A stretch of DNA of 63,766 nt, filler included, from Octopus bimaculoides (Eukaryota), in assembly GCF_001194135.2 (NCBI RefSeq). It is 6 parts of 6 records of this genome, joined end to end, with 100 filler letters (N's around TTAATTAATTAA, not from the genome) between each part and the next. Parts side by side here need not be neighbours in the genome. Positions count along the whole stretch, not along the records: positions 16,146 to 26,822 come from NC_069003.1; positions 26,923 to 48,595 come from NC_068982.1; 4 more parts are not named here. The stretch is one strand, 5' to 3'. This document shows, one piece after another, positions 23,571-36,271 of this stretch. Position numbers and translations under genes: made by a program. The notes under the pieces were generated by a model, which was not told the origin of the DNA, ran no database searches, and saw nothing but the letters and a program-made list of their open reading frames with translations. Numbering within the stretch: the stretch's first letter is position 1; each line of letters begins with the position of its first letter.

Positions 23571-24134
23571 ATTTTCCTACCACCTTTGTGTTCTTTCAAT
23601 GCATTTTTCTATATTATTTTGTTATTTAATTCCGTATAATCCTTTCCTTTATCTTCCCAAAACATTTTAGTTTGCTTCGGATTATTTCATTCGTTCCTCA
23701 AATTCCTCTCTTCTCAATTGCTTTAACACTCACCTTTTGTGTTAATATTTTCTTTGTGATGTTTATGATCCAGTTCCAGTTGAAAGTCCTGTTTTCTACA
23801 AAACCCTCTCAACGAATGACATTTTTATGGTCCTCTTTTGTGTTTCACTTATTTTAGGTTATATTTACTCACGCGATTTAGCTCTTGTTGAATCCTTTCT
23901 TTTCAAACAGAACATATTTTAGGTTTTCTAGTTCTCATCTTTGTTTAAATATCCGCACATTTGTTTACTACACACATTGAGGCCAACAATATTTGATTTC
24001 AGACCTTTGTACCTAGTTCATGTTTATTTCCTAGTTGTTTCTAGTCTGAAGGCGCGTTGCCTATTTCTCTTGGCCACGATAGCAGCTTCGTAGTTTCAGT
24101 TAGCGCCATTGTTTTATGGGGAAATTTTCTTACC

Positions 24135-24350
24135 TCGATGCGGTGAACTGGTTGAATGGTTAGCACGCCGGGAAACATGCTTAGCGGCATTTCGGCCGTC
24201 TTTACATTCTGAGTTTAAATTCCGCCGAAGGTGACTTAACCTTTCACCTTTTCGGGGTCGATAAAATGAGTACCAGCTGAGCACTGGGGTCGATGTAAGT
24301 CAACTTTCCCCGAACTTGCTGGCCTTGTGCCAAAATTTGAAACCAATACT
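24135..24350 (+). mobile_element. Family A SINE
   Basis: TTAGCACGCCGGG...GAGTTTAAATTCCGCCG...GGCCTTGTGCCAAAATTTGAAACC. Confidence 0.9.
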
Positions 24351-24419
24351 TGGAAGTGATAGCTTTTAGATTTACGCGACTCTTGTTAACTGTTAATATA
24401 TTTTTGTTGAACTGAAGGA

Positions 24420-24599
24420 GATATTTCACTAATTAGACTGCGACCATGCTGGGGCACGATCTTAAAGAATTTTAGTCGACCGAATCGATTTCAGTAGTAA
24501 TTTTTTTCAAAGCCTGGTACTTATTCTATCGATATCTTTTGCCGAACTGCTAGGTTACGGAGACTTAAACACACCAACACGGGTTGTCAAGAGGAGATA

Positions 24600-24600
<1 letters not shown>
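24420..24600 (-). mobile_element. SINE family B, 3' half
   Basis: GACTGCGACCATGCTGGGGCAC...CTAGGTTACGGAGACTTAAACACACCAAC. Confidence 0.8.
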
Positions 24601-24644
<44 letters not shown>

Positions 24645-24711
24645 NNNNNNNNNNNNNNNNNNNNNNNNNNNNNNNNNNNNNNNNNNNNNNNNNNNNNNNN
24701 NNNNNNCACAC

Positions 24712-24758
<47 letters not shown>

Positions 24759-25519
24759 TATATGTACGTATGTATGTATGTATGTATGTATGTATGTACA
24801 CGACGTATTTCTTTTAGTTTCTGTCTAGAAAATACACTCACATGTTATTTTCCTCTCTCCTTTTCTACGTTTCGTATTTTTACTCTATTAATTTCGAGGT
24901 GATTCAGAGGGTAGCTTTTTTTCCCCACCGTATTTACAAAGTAGAAACACTGACATTACCTGAATGTGGTTTAATAAGACAGTAAAGCCGACGTTTACAT
25001 TGTCCAAATATTCGATTCTTTTGCATTTCAGTGACCAGGTGGGAGATAGCACGACGAAAACTTCAACACCAAGTAATATTAACTGTAACTGAACTTAAGT
25101 TTTTCTATCTTTTCGAATGACTAATACTCGTCTCCAATACTGTGTTTATTTTAGATCAACACTCGGTGGCAGAATCAAATCACTTGCTTAACATCTACAC
25201 CTCAGAAATCATTTACGTGCTTTGGTGTTATTTGGTAATTGTGACTCGCGGTGAGATTAATCTCATTAAATCTCATTACTGAATTATTTCTCCACGTCAT
25301 AATGTCTTATTCAACGATAAACATAGAATGGTTTTAATGCTATCGCTAATTATGTAGGGCAGCAGGTCTCAACTGGGGTTCCTATGACGTTTGAGGGTCC
25401 GTATAATATTTTATTGTTAAAATTTATGTGAAATAAACTGTTGTATTTCTACAAACACAAAATATTTTAACAATGTTTTTTATACAACTCCTAATAAACA
25501 GATTTTTTATTAACCGTCT

Positions 25520-25781
25520 TCTCATAATCACAGACAGATTTTGGTGTTAAATTTTATGCAATTTTACTCCCATTTATTCCCGTCAAATGAGAATCAAAGG
25601 AATCCATAGGCAAAGAAATAGTTGAGAATCGCAGATGCAAAATATATCGGATGATTTGTGGTTGTCTCTCAATATCTGAAGGAACCAATATGAAGGAAAT
25701 AATCGTGGGTCGAAGTGACCTGAATAAATGGGAGTAAAATTACATTAAATTAAACACCAAAGTCTGTCTTTGACTATGTGA
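25520..25781. repeat. Inverted repeat with about 55-bp arms (MITE-like)
   Basis: CATAATCACAGACAGATTTTGGTGTTAAATTTTATGCAATTTTACTCCCATTTATTC versus the reverse complement of 25721-25778, about 85% identical. Confidence 0.8.
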
Positions 25782-26029
25782 CCAATGCTATCAACAAGCT
25801 TCTGCATAATTATTGTGATTAATAAAATTGGTTGATTTTCTTACAATTTTATTTTTCTCTCAAACAAATGAAGCACTTAAACACACATTAAAGTCCCAAA
25901 TGACGCTTTTGAAAACTAAACTTTCTCATTGACGTTGTGTTCTTCGGAGCAAACGTTCAGGTTTCAATCCCAAATCACAGACACACACACACATACACAC
26001 ACGCACACTCACAGACACACGTACACGCG

Positions 26030-26195
26030 CGCGCGCCGGGCTTCTTACAGTTTTTGTTTACCAAATCTACTCACAAATATTCTGTCGGCCTGAAGTTAAA
26101 GTAGAAAACACTTGCCCAAGGTGCCACGCAATGGGACTGAACTCGGAACCATGTGGGTGGGAAGCAAACAGTTTAATATGCAAAGCCACTGTATA
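26030..26195 (-). mobile_element. SINE family B, 5' half
   Basis: CACTTGCCCAAGGTGCCACGCAATGGGACTGAACTCGGAACCATGTG. Confidence 0.85.
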
Positions 26196-26220
26196 TAATG
26201 CCATTCACATTCATTTACAA

Positions 26221-26460
26221 GCATTCGCAACCGCTGACTTACATTCACAACCGTGGGTCTGCATTCGCAACGGAGGGCCTGGGTTCGCGACGGCGGACCT
26301 ATGCTCGCAACGGCGGGGCTGCGTTCATAGCAGTGGGCCTGCACTCGCAACATCGGTCCTGCATTAGTAACAACGGTCCTGTGTTCGCAGCCGTTGGTCT
26401 GCGTTCTCATCTGCGGACCTGCATTCGCACCCCCACTTCCCGGCCTACATTCGCATCCAG
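26221..26460. repeat. 20-bp minisatellite, about 11-12 units, consensus near GCATTCGCAACSGYGGKCCT
   Basis: Units stay in exact 20-nt register from 26221 to 26440 with substitutions only. Confidence 0.9.
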
Positions 26461-26931
26461 ACATATGTAATGATTTCCAAATCACAAAAATCAATGACAA
26501 CAAATAAACTATGCGAATATTTAATACACAGTAGAGTTATTTAGTATTTTATTGAATTAAAAAAAAAAAGGAACAAACGATATATGAATGAAGAGATGTG
26601 CGAGAAAAAGAGAACATTTGATATCTAATGTTGATAACAATATCTAAGACACTACTTAAGAGAAGTCCTTCACAATAAGGCAAAACTGGCATCGTAGTGA
26701 TCTGCTTCATTGATTTCTTTTGGTTTTTGGGGTATTTTATTTTTGTTTTTTCAGGTGTAGACTCGGCTCTCTTTAAACTACACTAATTGGGTGTGCATGT
26801 GTGTTTTCGTAGGTGTATAAAANNNNNNNNNNNNNNNNNNNNNNNNNNNNNNNNNNNNNNNNNNNNTTAATTAATTAANNNNNNNNNNNNNNNNNNNNNN
26901 NNNNNNNNNNNNNNNNNNNNNNATATATATA

Positions 26932-26980
<49 letters not shown>

Positions 26981-27849
26981 AAACAATAAAAAATTCTATA
27001 ATATTTCTAAAATACTTGTGAATGATTATAATAAAAATACTGAGTAATGGATTCAATTATGAACATACCATGTGCCAAGAGAATATAACATATAAATGCA
27101 CACAATCACATAGACACTCACTCTAAGCCATTCACCTACCCCCATCTATACACATATAGAATAGATATAGTGGTAGATAACTTATATATTATTGTAATAT
27201 GCTTCAAAGAATTCACAGAAGTTTTGGTAATTGGAAATTCTATTTCAACGAATGCTGCACACCGTTCTAGTTGTTTTGCTTTATATTTTCATTCCTGAAT
27301 TAACGAAGTAAAGGAAATAATTAAAAAATAAATAAATAACAAGTCAATCCTACGAACTTCCAATGAAAAATCAATAATTCAGAGTAGACGTCAGAAACAA
27401 TAGAAAGAGGAATTATAAAGTATTTGATATGCTCTTTACTTGATTGGAATTTTTCGATTTGGAGCTCACAATTCCCTTTTCATTGCTCTCTTATATTTCA
27501 CCGACTCTGCATATGTAACACTCTCTATGAGCTGTTCATTGTATGTATGTGTGTGTGCGCGCACGAGTGTCTGTAGGCGTGTATTTGTGTGTGAGACAGA
27601 AAATGAATTTGAGATAGAGAGGAGACAGAGACAATATTGCTGCTTGTCTTTATTATTTTTTTTGTTTTGCCTTGTTGTTCGTTTTTCATGAAACTCTATT
27701 TCCAAGTGTTCATCCATTACATAACGTTTTCTTAATGTTAAACATAAACGAATATTGGATGTAATATTTATATCGAGGAACGGATGTCAGAGGAAGATAT
27801 GAGCAAGTATAAGGAGAGAAAGTGACACACAAATAAACTAAACGTAACT

Positions 27850-28080
27850 GAAAATAGATAGAATTGTCAAATGGTGGGAGAGAGAGAGGCAGAGACAGAG
27901 GGAAAAGAAAAGAGAGAAAGAAAGAAAAAAGAGAGACAGATAGACAAAATTTGAGAAAGAGAGAAAGAAAGAGGAAGGGGGAGGGAGTGAGAGAGAGCAA
28001 GACTGATACAGGACGGGAAATATCGAGAAGTAGAAAAAGAAGTGTAATGAAGAAACGAAGCGGGTAAAGAAAAAACGGTG
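27850..28080. repeat. Purine-rich (AG)n low-complexity tract
   Basis: Seen directly; purine skew continues over 28700-29800. Confidence 0.8.
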
Positions 28081-28189
28081 ATGTTAACACATATACCTGC
28101 TCGTATGCACGCAAACACACACAGATTCACGTACAAACACATAGTTTTCATTGCTTATGGTTGGTCACGGATTCTTATACAATAGCATT

Positions 28190-28560
28190 TTATCCGTCAT
28201 TTGTGTATTCTTTGATAGCCGAATATCGGAATGTACTTATACAATTCTGCATGTACGCCTATTATTGTCGCTTTTCCGAATAGTTCTCATATCTTGAAGC
28301 TACCCTTAGCATTAGACCGCCAAAGTGAGCGGCGGTTAACTATGCTTTCTAGTCTTGAGGGGTTAATGTTCTCCTTTTCATAGGGGATTATAGCTTATCT
28401 TCATTCATATTTCAGCGAAAGTTTGATCATAATGTAGTTGGCCGTGGGTAATCCTAAAGCGTATTTGTACTACATGGTGTCCGAGCAAGCTCAATCGATA
28501 TCTGGTTAGTTAGGAATTAATGTTAGTGCTGGTGCTAGTTAGAAGGAGGATTTCTATCTG
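28190..28560 (-). mobile_element. Decayed RTE-clade LINE, C-terminal region
   Basis: Minus strand GH.VV..RLPTA..YDQ ... INPSRLESIVNRRSLWRS resembles the RTE WLGHVxRM..RLPK..LYG ... WExxAxxRxxWR block. Confidence 0.45.
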
Positions 28561-30469
28561 AACGGGTGAAGGAATGAGTCTACTGAAAACACAGAAATCC
28601 AGAGGCATCTCAATCTATAGCCTGTATGCAGCCCTTGTCACACACTGACAACACATACACACCTCACACACAGTCATGCGCATACATCATACACACACGT
28701 ACACACACGCAGAGAGAGAAAGAGAGAGAGAGAGAGAGGGACAGAGAGGGACAGAGAGAGACAAACAAACAAACATACAGACAACCAGAGAGAGAGAGAA
28801 AGAGAGAGAGAGAGTATAGAGCGAGTGATTGAGAGAGGTATATTATTTGACAAATCATGAAACAAAAGAATGCCTGGGTAGCTGACAAGGAGAGCATGAG
28901 AAACAGAGAGGTAGAATGTGACAGGGCAAGAAAGAAAGAGGTGAGGATAGAGAAATATTTTCAAAGAAAATGGAAGATAAGAGGATACGGAAGCACATAG
29001 TCGAAGCGGAATGATAAGGAGCAGTAGAAGGTTAATAGAAAGAGGGGACGAAAAAGAGGTCTGATTCTATACGGGTCGAAAGACATGGGTAGAAGAGAAG
29101 CAGAAACAGAAAAGTGAAGGAAAAAATGGATAGAGAACAGGCTGTAATCTCTGGACATAGAAAAGCCGATAAATATTGCGAAACTAAGTGTAAGGTTAAC
29201 AGGAGTAGTTTTCGAAAAATGGGTGAAGAAAGAATACTGGGAGACAGCTTCATGTAGTGTGTATAGAAACAGAGCGAAATGGAGGAAGAGAGAGTGTAAC
29301 GTGGATTGTAAAAGCGAAAGAGGTAAGGTGGATTAATGAGATATGATTTTAAGGAAGAAAAAATAAGGATAAAGAAATGCTGTGAGTCATAAAAGAGAGT
29401 GGGAGACGGAATGATAGTTAGTGAGAGAAAATGATGTTGAATTTGTAGAGATAAAGGAGTGAGAGAAAAGGAAGACAAAAATATGCAAGCAAAGATGATT
29501 ATTGAGGCAAAGAGAGTTGGAAGGAGAATAACATAATAGTTAGACAGAAAAAAAAAATCAACAGAAAGTGAGACTGGGAATGAGGCTGATAAAGAGAAAG
29601 TGTGATATTATGGAAGCTGAAGAGAGAAGCTTGCCAAAAGAGAGAAAGCAGAAAAGTGAAAATATATATATTATCTTTTAGCAAGTGTAAAATTAAGAAA
29701 GAAATTAGATTTGCACCCAAAATCACAGTTTCGTGTATCCAAGAATCCTCTTTAATAAAGTAATTAAAAAGAAACGAACAAAACAAATATAAAGAAAACA
29801 TCGATATATAGAAAATATAAAGAAACCAGTTAAGAAATCAGTCTGGTTATAATTGAATTTTCAATATCGATTTCTTTGAAGTTAAAACAGACCATTTTTA
29901 TTTGTAGTGTGCTGCATAGGGTTTATAAATACTGTGTCTGTATATTAATGGCACCCAATATATCGACCCAGGAAGAGTAAAGACCATCTCCATGTGATTT
30001 CCAATTAGAACGTAGAGAGATGGAAATGAATGCTTAAATGATTTAGTCCTCTCAACTCCAGTCACTTAAACCAAATGAACTGGAAATGCAAATTAATAGA
30101 AAAGGTAAATATCGTTCATATTAATGATGTTAATTTATTTTCACTCGAAAATGAACGGCTCAGTGGAAGTTGAATTAAAGCTGTGTACCACAATGAAAGA
30201 AATATTTAATAATAGTTTCAAATTTTGGCACAGGGCTAGCAGTTTTTGAGAGGAGTGGGTAGGTGTTATATCCTCAAACTGTTGATCTGTTATAATGCCC
30301 ACTTCGGTTACAGTACACTTAGTAAAACCAGTAAAGACACGACTATCTCTGACCGCCTTCTACGTACTCTTGTACTTCACGTACTTCTCTTTACTTATAG
30401 TGATTAGGTTATTCCATTTGTCACGTGTGAAGGGTGTTCCATTATTACTAATTTCCTACAACAGTAAGA

Positions 30470-30815
30470 AAATTGCCTCGACCTATTTTATCGACCACAT
30501 TATGATGAAAGACAAGGTCGATCTCGGCGGAATTTGAACTCAGAACGTAAAGACAGATGAAATGCAGCTGAGCATTTTGTCCAACGTGTTGACAATTTGG
30601 CAAGCGCACCACCTTTCTCTGTAATACATATCAAGAGCCTTTCTAAACTGCAGAAGATTTAAGGTCCCAATAAACCGAGATCGAGGCGGCATTTCGTTTG
30701 TCTTTATGTTCCAAGTCCAAATTTTGCTGTGGTTGACTTTACCTTTTATCTTCTCAGAGTCGACAAAATAAGTATCCCACCGAAATCCTTGGCCTTGTGC
30801 CAAAATTTGCAACAA
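30470..30815. mobile_element. Head-to-head pair of partial family A SINEs (- then +)
   Basis: GGTCGATCTCGGCGGAATTTGAACTCAGAACGTAAAGACAG (-) and GCGGCATTTCGTTTGTCTTTATG...GGCCTTGTGCCAAAATTTG (+). Confidence 0.8.
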
Positions 30816-32581
30816 ATTTATATTGTAATGATCTATTACTATATCGTCCAGGTTTCGTCAAGCAAAATCTACGGCTGAGAATCCTGGGCGAAAATTTATA
30901 ACGCTGGTTGTGATTTCATTGCGACCAGTGTTTGTAAAAGAAGCAGCAATATCCCGTGTCATTATTTGCTTTGTAAAACTCCGTCATAAGCTGACAGATA
31001 TTAGTTTCTTAAAACATGACGAACATAAATATATTAATGCTCTACTGTTGCTGCCAAATTACATCCTTACACGAAAGCAATGTGAGAAATCTTCCTGGAA
31101 AGATGTAAGATATACGGTTTAATAGATACCAATATTTTGCCAGTGCCAATTTTGTCGACCTTGTTCGAAAGCCAAAATAATACTGGTAGGATATGTTTTT
31201 AATTTAGAATCAGATTTGGAAACTGTTCTGTTACTGTTAATGGGTCTAGTACCGACATCGTTTGACTACGGATAGAAGCTACATATATAAAGCGTGAGTG
31301 ACGCTTATCATCACACTACACATCGCCAGAACAAGATCTGGAACTGAACAATGTCAATAGACTAACCGTGAAAGCTGATTTAACTAAAACACTGAAAGTT
31401 TTGAAAAGAAAATGTAATAATTCCTCAGCGCCTCTGTTTGCCCGAAGGCAAATAGAAGCGCTAGGGGTCCAGCCAAGAAAAAAATATATACAAGACTACA
31501 TTAAGCAATATATCTTTCTTATTTTTCAAAGAGGATTAGGTTTGGCTTGAGATTAATATGGCTGCTACAGTCAACGTATCAGTGGTCCTTCATTAAGGCT
31601 ATATTTTTGAAGAAATTTAAGTTAAATTTAACAGAATATGTAAATGCACTAATAACATAGTTCTTATATTTCTGGTAACTGACCAAGTAGAATATTAAGT
31701 GACGTAAATAAATAAGAAAATATAGAGAGCGAAAGAGAAAGAGAATACCAGAGATAAACTTAATTACACGCACACACACACACACACACAGACATACACA
31801 CAGACATACGCACAGACATACACACACACACTTCGAGGAGAATCGTAGGGTTGCTGTCTTGACTTGTGCCGTATTTTGAGGAACAAAGAGAGTTAATTAA
31901 TGAAACGTAACTTAGAATCTAGTGCACATGGAGTTCCACACAACTCTTTCCCAAGACGCAAAGTATGATTGCTTCAGTAATATCTGTTTGGTGCGACAAA
32001 AGTTTAAATGAAGAAATGAGAAATCTCTGAGAATACAAAAAAAACAAAAACACAACAAAAAACTAAACATATTGACATACTTATTCAGCACCCAAACATA
32101 CCCAGTCACGTACACAAATTTGCATGTATAGAAATAACAGACACACATACTTGAATTCAAACGTTTATGGAATTGCGCACACGCGTACATAAACCTCAGT
32201 CGACTCTCTCCCTCAGCACACCCAATGCGCATATATGTGATCGGTGAATGTTTCAATAACACTAGATGTTAGATTATAAAAGAAATCTAAGTTGTGTAAT
32301 TAAAAAGTTCAATCAGTACAAAAACTCCTAATTATGTAAAATTTTCCGGTCACTCCAGTTTCTTTTCCCAATTAGATTTTTATCACTGCTATCTCATTTA
32401 AACTTGCTTCATATAAAACTAAATACCTTCATCAGGTAACTAACATAAGCATATATGCGCACGTATGTATGACGATGTACAGATACACACGTACGTACAC
32501 ACGCACACGCATACACACACACACGTGTGCGTGCGTGAGTATAGATATGCATATAAGCATGGGAACTTGTATATGCATATG

Positions 32582-32621
<40 letters not shown>

Positions 32622-33230
32622 NNNNNNNNNNNNNNNNNNNNNNNNNNNNNNNNNNNNNNNNNNNNNNNNNNNNNNNNNNNNNNNNNNNNNNNNNNNNNNN
32701 NNNNNNNNNNNNNNNNNNNNNNNNNNNNNNNNNNNNNNNNNNNNNNNNNNNNNNNNNNNNNNNNNNNNNNNNNNNNNNNNNNNNNNNNNNNNNNNNNNNN
32801 NNNNNNNNNNNNNNNNNNNNNNNNNNNNNNNNNNNNNNNNNNNNNNNNNNNNNNNNNNNNNNNNNNNNNNNNNNNNNNNNNNNNNNNNNNNNNNNNNNNN
32901 NNNNNNNNNNNNNNNNNNNNNNNNNNNNNNNNNNNNNNNNNNNNNNNNNNNNNNNNNNNNNNNNNNNNNNNNNNNNNNNNNNNNNNNNNNNNNNNNNNNN
33001 NNNNNNNNNNNNNNNNNNNNNNNNNNNNNNNNNNNNNNNNNNNNNNNNNNNNNNNNNNNNNNNNNNNNNNNNNNNNNNNNNNNNNNNNNNNNNNNNNNNN
33101 NNNNNNNNNNNNNNNNNNNNNNNNNNNNNNNNNNNNNNNNNNNNNNNNNNNNNNNNNNNNNNNNNNNNNNNNNNNNNNNNNNNNNNNNNNNNNNNNNNNN
33201 NNNNNNNNNNNNNNNNNNNNNNNNNNNNNN

Positions 33231-33268
<38 letters not shown>

Positions 33269-33704
33269 AATAAACACACAAGGCCCACTCACACGCGCAT
33301 ATATATTTTAAAGGATTGGAAATGAGATTGCATAAAGGTTAACTAATGATTACAACTACAGGTAAATCCAAATTCCAATCAAGTATTGACACAATGTGTC
33401 CTCCTTTTCCTTTTGGTATACATATTTGAATAACTTATTGAGTGTATATCAGAGGGTAGAACAAAAGAGGAGATTTAGTTCACATTGAAACAAGTTTTTC
33501 AGAAGACAATAGTTATTACATTGTTATTTATTATCATCTGTTGATTCAACGCGATTATGCAACCGTTTATGTAACTCTTTCCGTACAATATATCAGTATT
33601 CATTAGAGAAACACGTAAAAATTTGCTTAATTTATGATGCTGTAAGAAAATACAGTAAACCTCCTCTTTTATTCTGCTCTCGGATATATGTATGTATGTA
33701 TACA

Positions 33705-33789
<85 letters not shown>

Positions 33790-33849
33790 NNNNNNNNNNN
33801 NNNNNNNNNNNNNNNNNNATATATATATATATATATAAAGCGGTAAAAG

Positions 33850-33990
33850 GTACTGACTCCCTTCAATCATGAATGACGATGGGATTGCATCTAGAGAGTT
33901 ACCTTCGGAGGCAGAAGTCCAGGAAAGGTTGTTTATGGAAGACTAGCAATCATCCATGCATAGCAATCTCCCCTCCCCACGGAGGAAGAG
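33850..33990 (-). mobile_element. SINE tail fragment shared with 61800-61930
   Basis: rc TGCTAGTCTTCCATAAACAACCTT...GGTAACTCTCTAGATGCA...GTCATTCAT. Confidence 0.7.
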
Positions 33991-34494
33991 GAGGAGGGAA
34001 GATCGCTGGTTTAGCAAAAGCATTACAGCAGTGGATATACTGTTTTCTTGTATTCAATTTCCGCTCTCTACGTTCAGAATTTCACCGATCAAAGTCGACT
34101 TTAACTTTACTCGCTCTCTTTTCGTTTAAGTAAGTCTCAGTCAAGCAACTGGTGTCGATGTAATCAGCTACACACTTTGCCTAAAACATACAAGAATTGG
34201 GCTTAAACTGGAAGCTATTATCATCATCATCATCATCATCATCATCAACTTCATCATTGTGATCATCATGATCCTGATAATCATCATCATCGCGATCATC
34301 ATCCAACTTTTCTAAGCTTCAAATTGCAACAAACTCCTTGCAGCAATTCAAAGACTCAAAATCGGTTAGTGCTTACACCAGACAAACTGTGGGGTTCCGT
34401 TGCTGCCGGCGCTTAGGTTGAACGGCCAAAGTACCTCTGTAGCATTAGAATATCATGGTCTTTTGCAAATTGCTCATAATCACGGTCATAATCA

Positions 34495-34606
34495 GGGTTG
34501 AGATAAAAAAATATTCAAGATTGTTGTCTCAGTAAAAATAACACCAATCTGTAAATAGTATTCATTATATTAAGAATTATACAGAATATTCATTTCAGTG
34601 AAAATG
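34495..34606 (+). repeat. About 112-bp direct repeat, copy 1 (copy 2 at 36272-36385)
   Basis: GGGTTGAGATAAAAA...CATTTCAGTGAAAATG occurs twice with only a few differences. Confidence 0.92.
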
Positions 34607-34687
34607 TTCTCCAAGATGATAATAATAATGTTCCTCGACAGAACTAATGGTGGTGGAAGTCGCCCGCTTAAGTGAGAATGATGAGGA

Positions 34688-34691
34688 TTAA

Positions 34692-34747
<56 letters not shown>

Positions 34748-34837
34748 GAAGAAGAAGAAGAATAAGAATAATAATAACAATTCTAATAATAATAATAATA
34801 ACAACAACAACAGTAATAATAATAATAATAATAATGA

Positions 34838-34914
<77 letters not shown>

Positions 34915-34937
34915 GTAATAATAATAATAATAATAAT
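34688..34937. repeat. Compound (AAT)/(AAG)/(AAC)/(ACT)n microsatellite
   Basis: Seen directly in the sequence. Confidence 0.95.
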
Positions 34938-35860
34938 GTTAAAATATGCCGTGGAGACACTGTTGAGACACACAAAGAAGAGCGGCGTCATCAACATTGA
35001 AAATTGCGTAACTAAAGAAAAATTTAAGCAAGAAATGAAAAAAAAAAAAAAAAGATACGGTCAGTTTGCAAGAGATGTGAACGTGAAGAGAGATACAAAG
35101 AACTGGTGGCCATGGATGAAGAGAAGTGATCTGAAAATAGAGCACTCATATACGCAGCTCAGGCACAAACGTTAAGGACCAGCTATATAATAAAGTGCAG
35201 AATAGACAACACTACCGATAGCGACAAATGCAGATGAGTGGCGAAGGAGGTGAAACCGTATGGCACATCATTAGCAAATACCCGAAATTGGCACAACGTG
35301 AATAGAAAAGACACCATGATAATTTGGCAAGAATGATCCATTGGGAGCTCTGTGGAAACCACGGCCTACAGAGAGCAAAGGCGTGGTATTAGCAAACTCC
35401 AGAAGGAGTCACCGAAAATGAGAATTGCAAAATCCTGTGGGATGCAATGATCCAGTCCGATCACCAGCCAGACATAGGATACCGAACATTGTTGTGGTGG
35501 TTAAAAAAAGAAAGAACATGCATGGTTATCGACACAGCATGCTCTGGTGACAAAAGGATTAATGTGAAAGAAGAAGAAAAAATAGACAACTATGACGATT
35601 TGAAGTGGGAAATACGAAGATTGTGGTCAATGAAGAGAGTACATATGATACCAAGAGTAATTGGTGCATTAGGAAGTATCAGCCCTCAACCACCAACATG
35701 GCTGAAAAAGATTGGTGTAAGTGTGAAGGTAGACCACCAAAAAAATCAGCATTGCTTGGAGCTGCAAGAATTCTTCGCAGGGATCTTGAAGCATGACCCT
35801 AAAACAAGTGTCACCTTAGTCTGCTGGCTGTGGACTGCTGGAACTTTCCATGATATTATT
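34938..35860 (+). mobile_element. 5'-truncated R4/Dong-clade retrotransposon (post-RT, CCHC, RLE)
   Basis: YGQFARD..WMKRSDLK..GETVWHIIS..HDNLARMIHWELCG..KILWDAMIQ..CMVIDTACSGD..LKWEIRRLW..IGALGSI..KSALLGAARILRRDLEA-stop; 5' junction directly on (AAT)n. Confidence 0.92.
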
Positions 35861-36271
35861 AACGATAAAAATAACAAGAAGTAGGAGGAGGAAAAGGACG
35901 AGGAGGAGGAGGAGAAGAAGAAAAAGAAGAAGAAGAAGAAGAACAAGAACAAGAACAACAACAACAACAACAACAACATGCATAGTATTACTGTTTTATT
36001 CATGGCATAATGTATGGATGTATGGGTCGAATTTTTAATAAAATAACTTTTATCAATATCATTATTACGAAAATATGAATCGTACATACACAACAACCAA
36101 TAGCAGAAAACTTCTCTGGTTGAATGCTTTATGGATAGAAAGTGTTAGTGAGAGACAAAGGGAGAAAGAGAAAGAGACAGACAGACAACGAGCAAAAGTA
36201 AGAGAGAAAAAGCGAGAGAAAGAGGGAGAGATATAGATAGATAAAGAGAGAGAGAGGAGGGAGAGAGAGAT

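Larger units (their letters stand above)
21830..24110 (-). mobile_element. Old, heavily decayed R4/Dong-like ORF (pre-RT and RT), interrupted by SINEs
   Basis: Minus strand, colinear order: RLETT..RIQQ..FWE (24100-23650), NWESPGGDKIQNFWIK (about 23240-23190), IKRGTF.RDLSL, LMDDLRLY (22215-22190), RFGLEMYAKAT, DKYLGI, GKNICINILDAPVVS. Confidence 0.72.

Noticed and set aside
18430-24110. One continuous R4 element from 24110 to 18430
   Set aside because: Same strand and plausible order, but the 3' part is much less decayed and unrelated sequence plus a gap intervene. Not supportable without alignment.
26221-26460. CRISPR array
   Set aside because: Head-to-tail units without unique spacers, no cas genes, eukaryotic context.
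28950-29480. Ancient L2/CR1 remnants here and at 48720-49620
   Set aside because: Only a vague compositional resemblance; no diagnostic motif I can read reliably.
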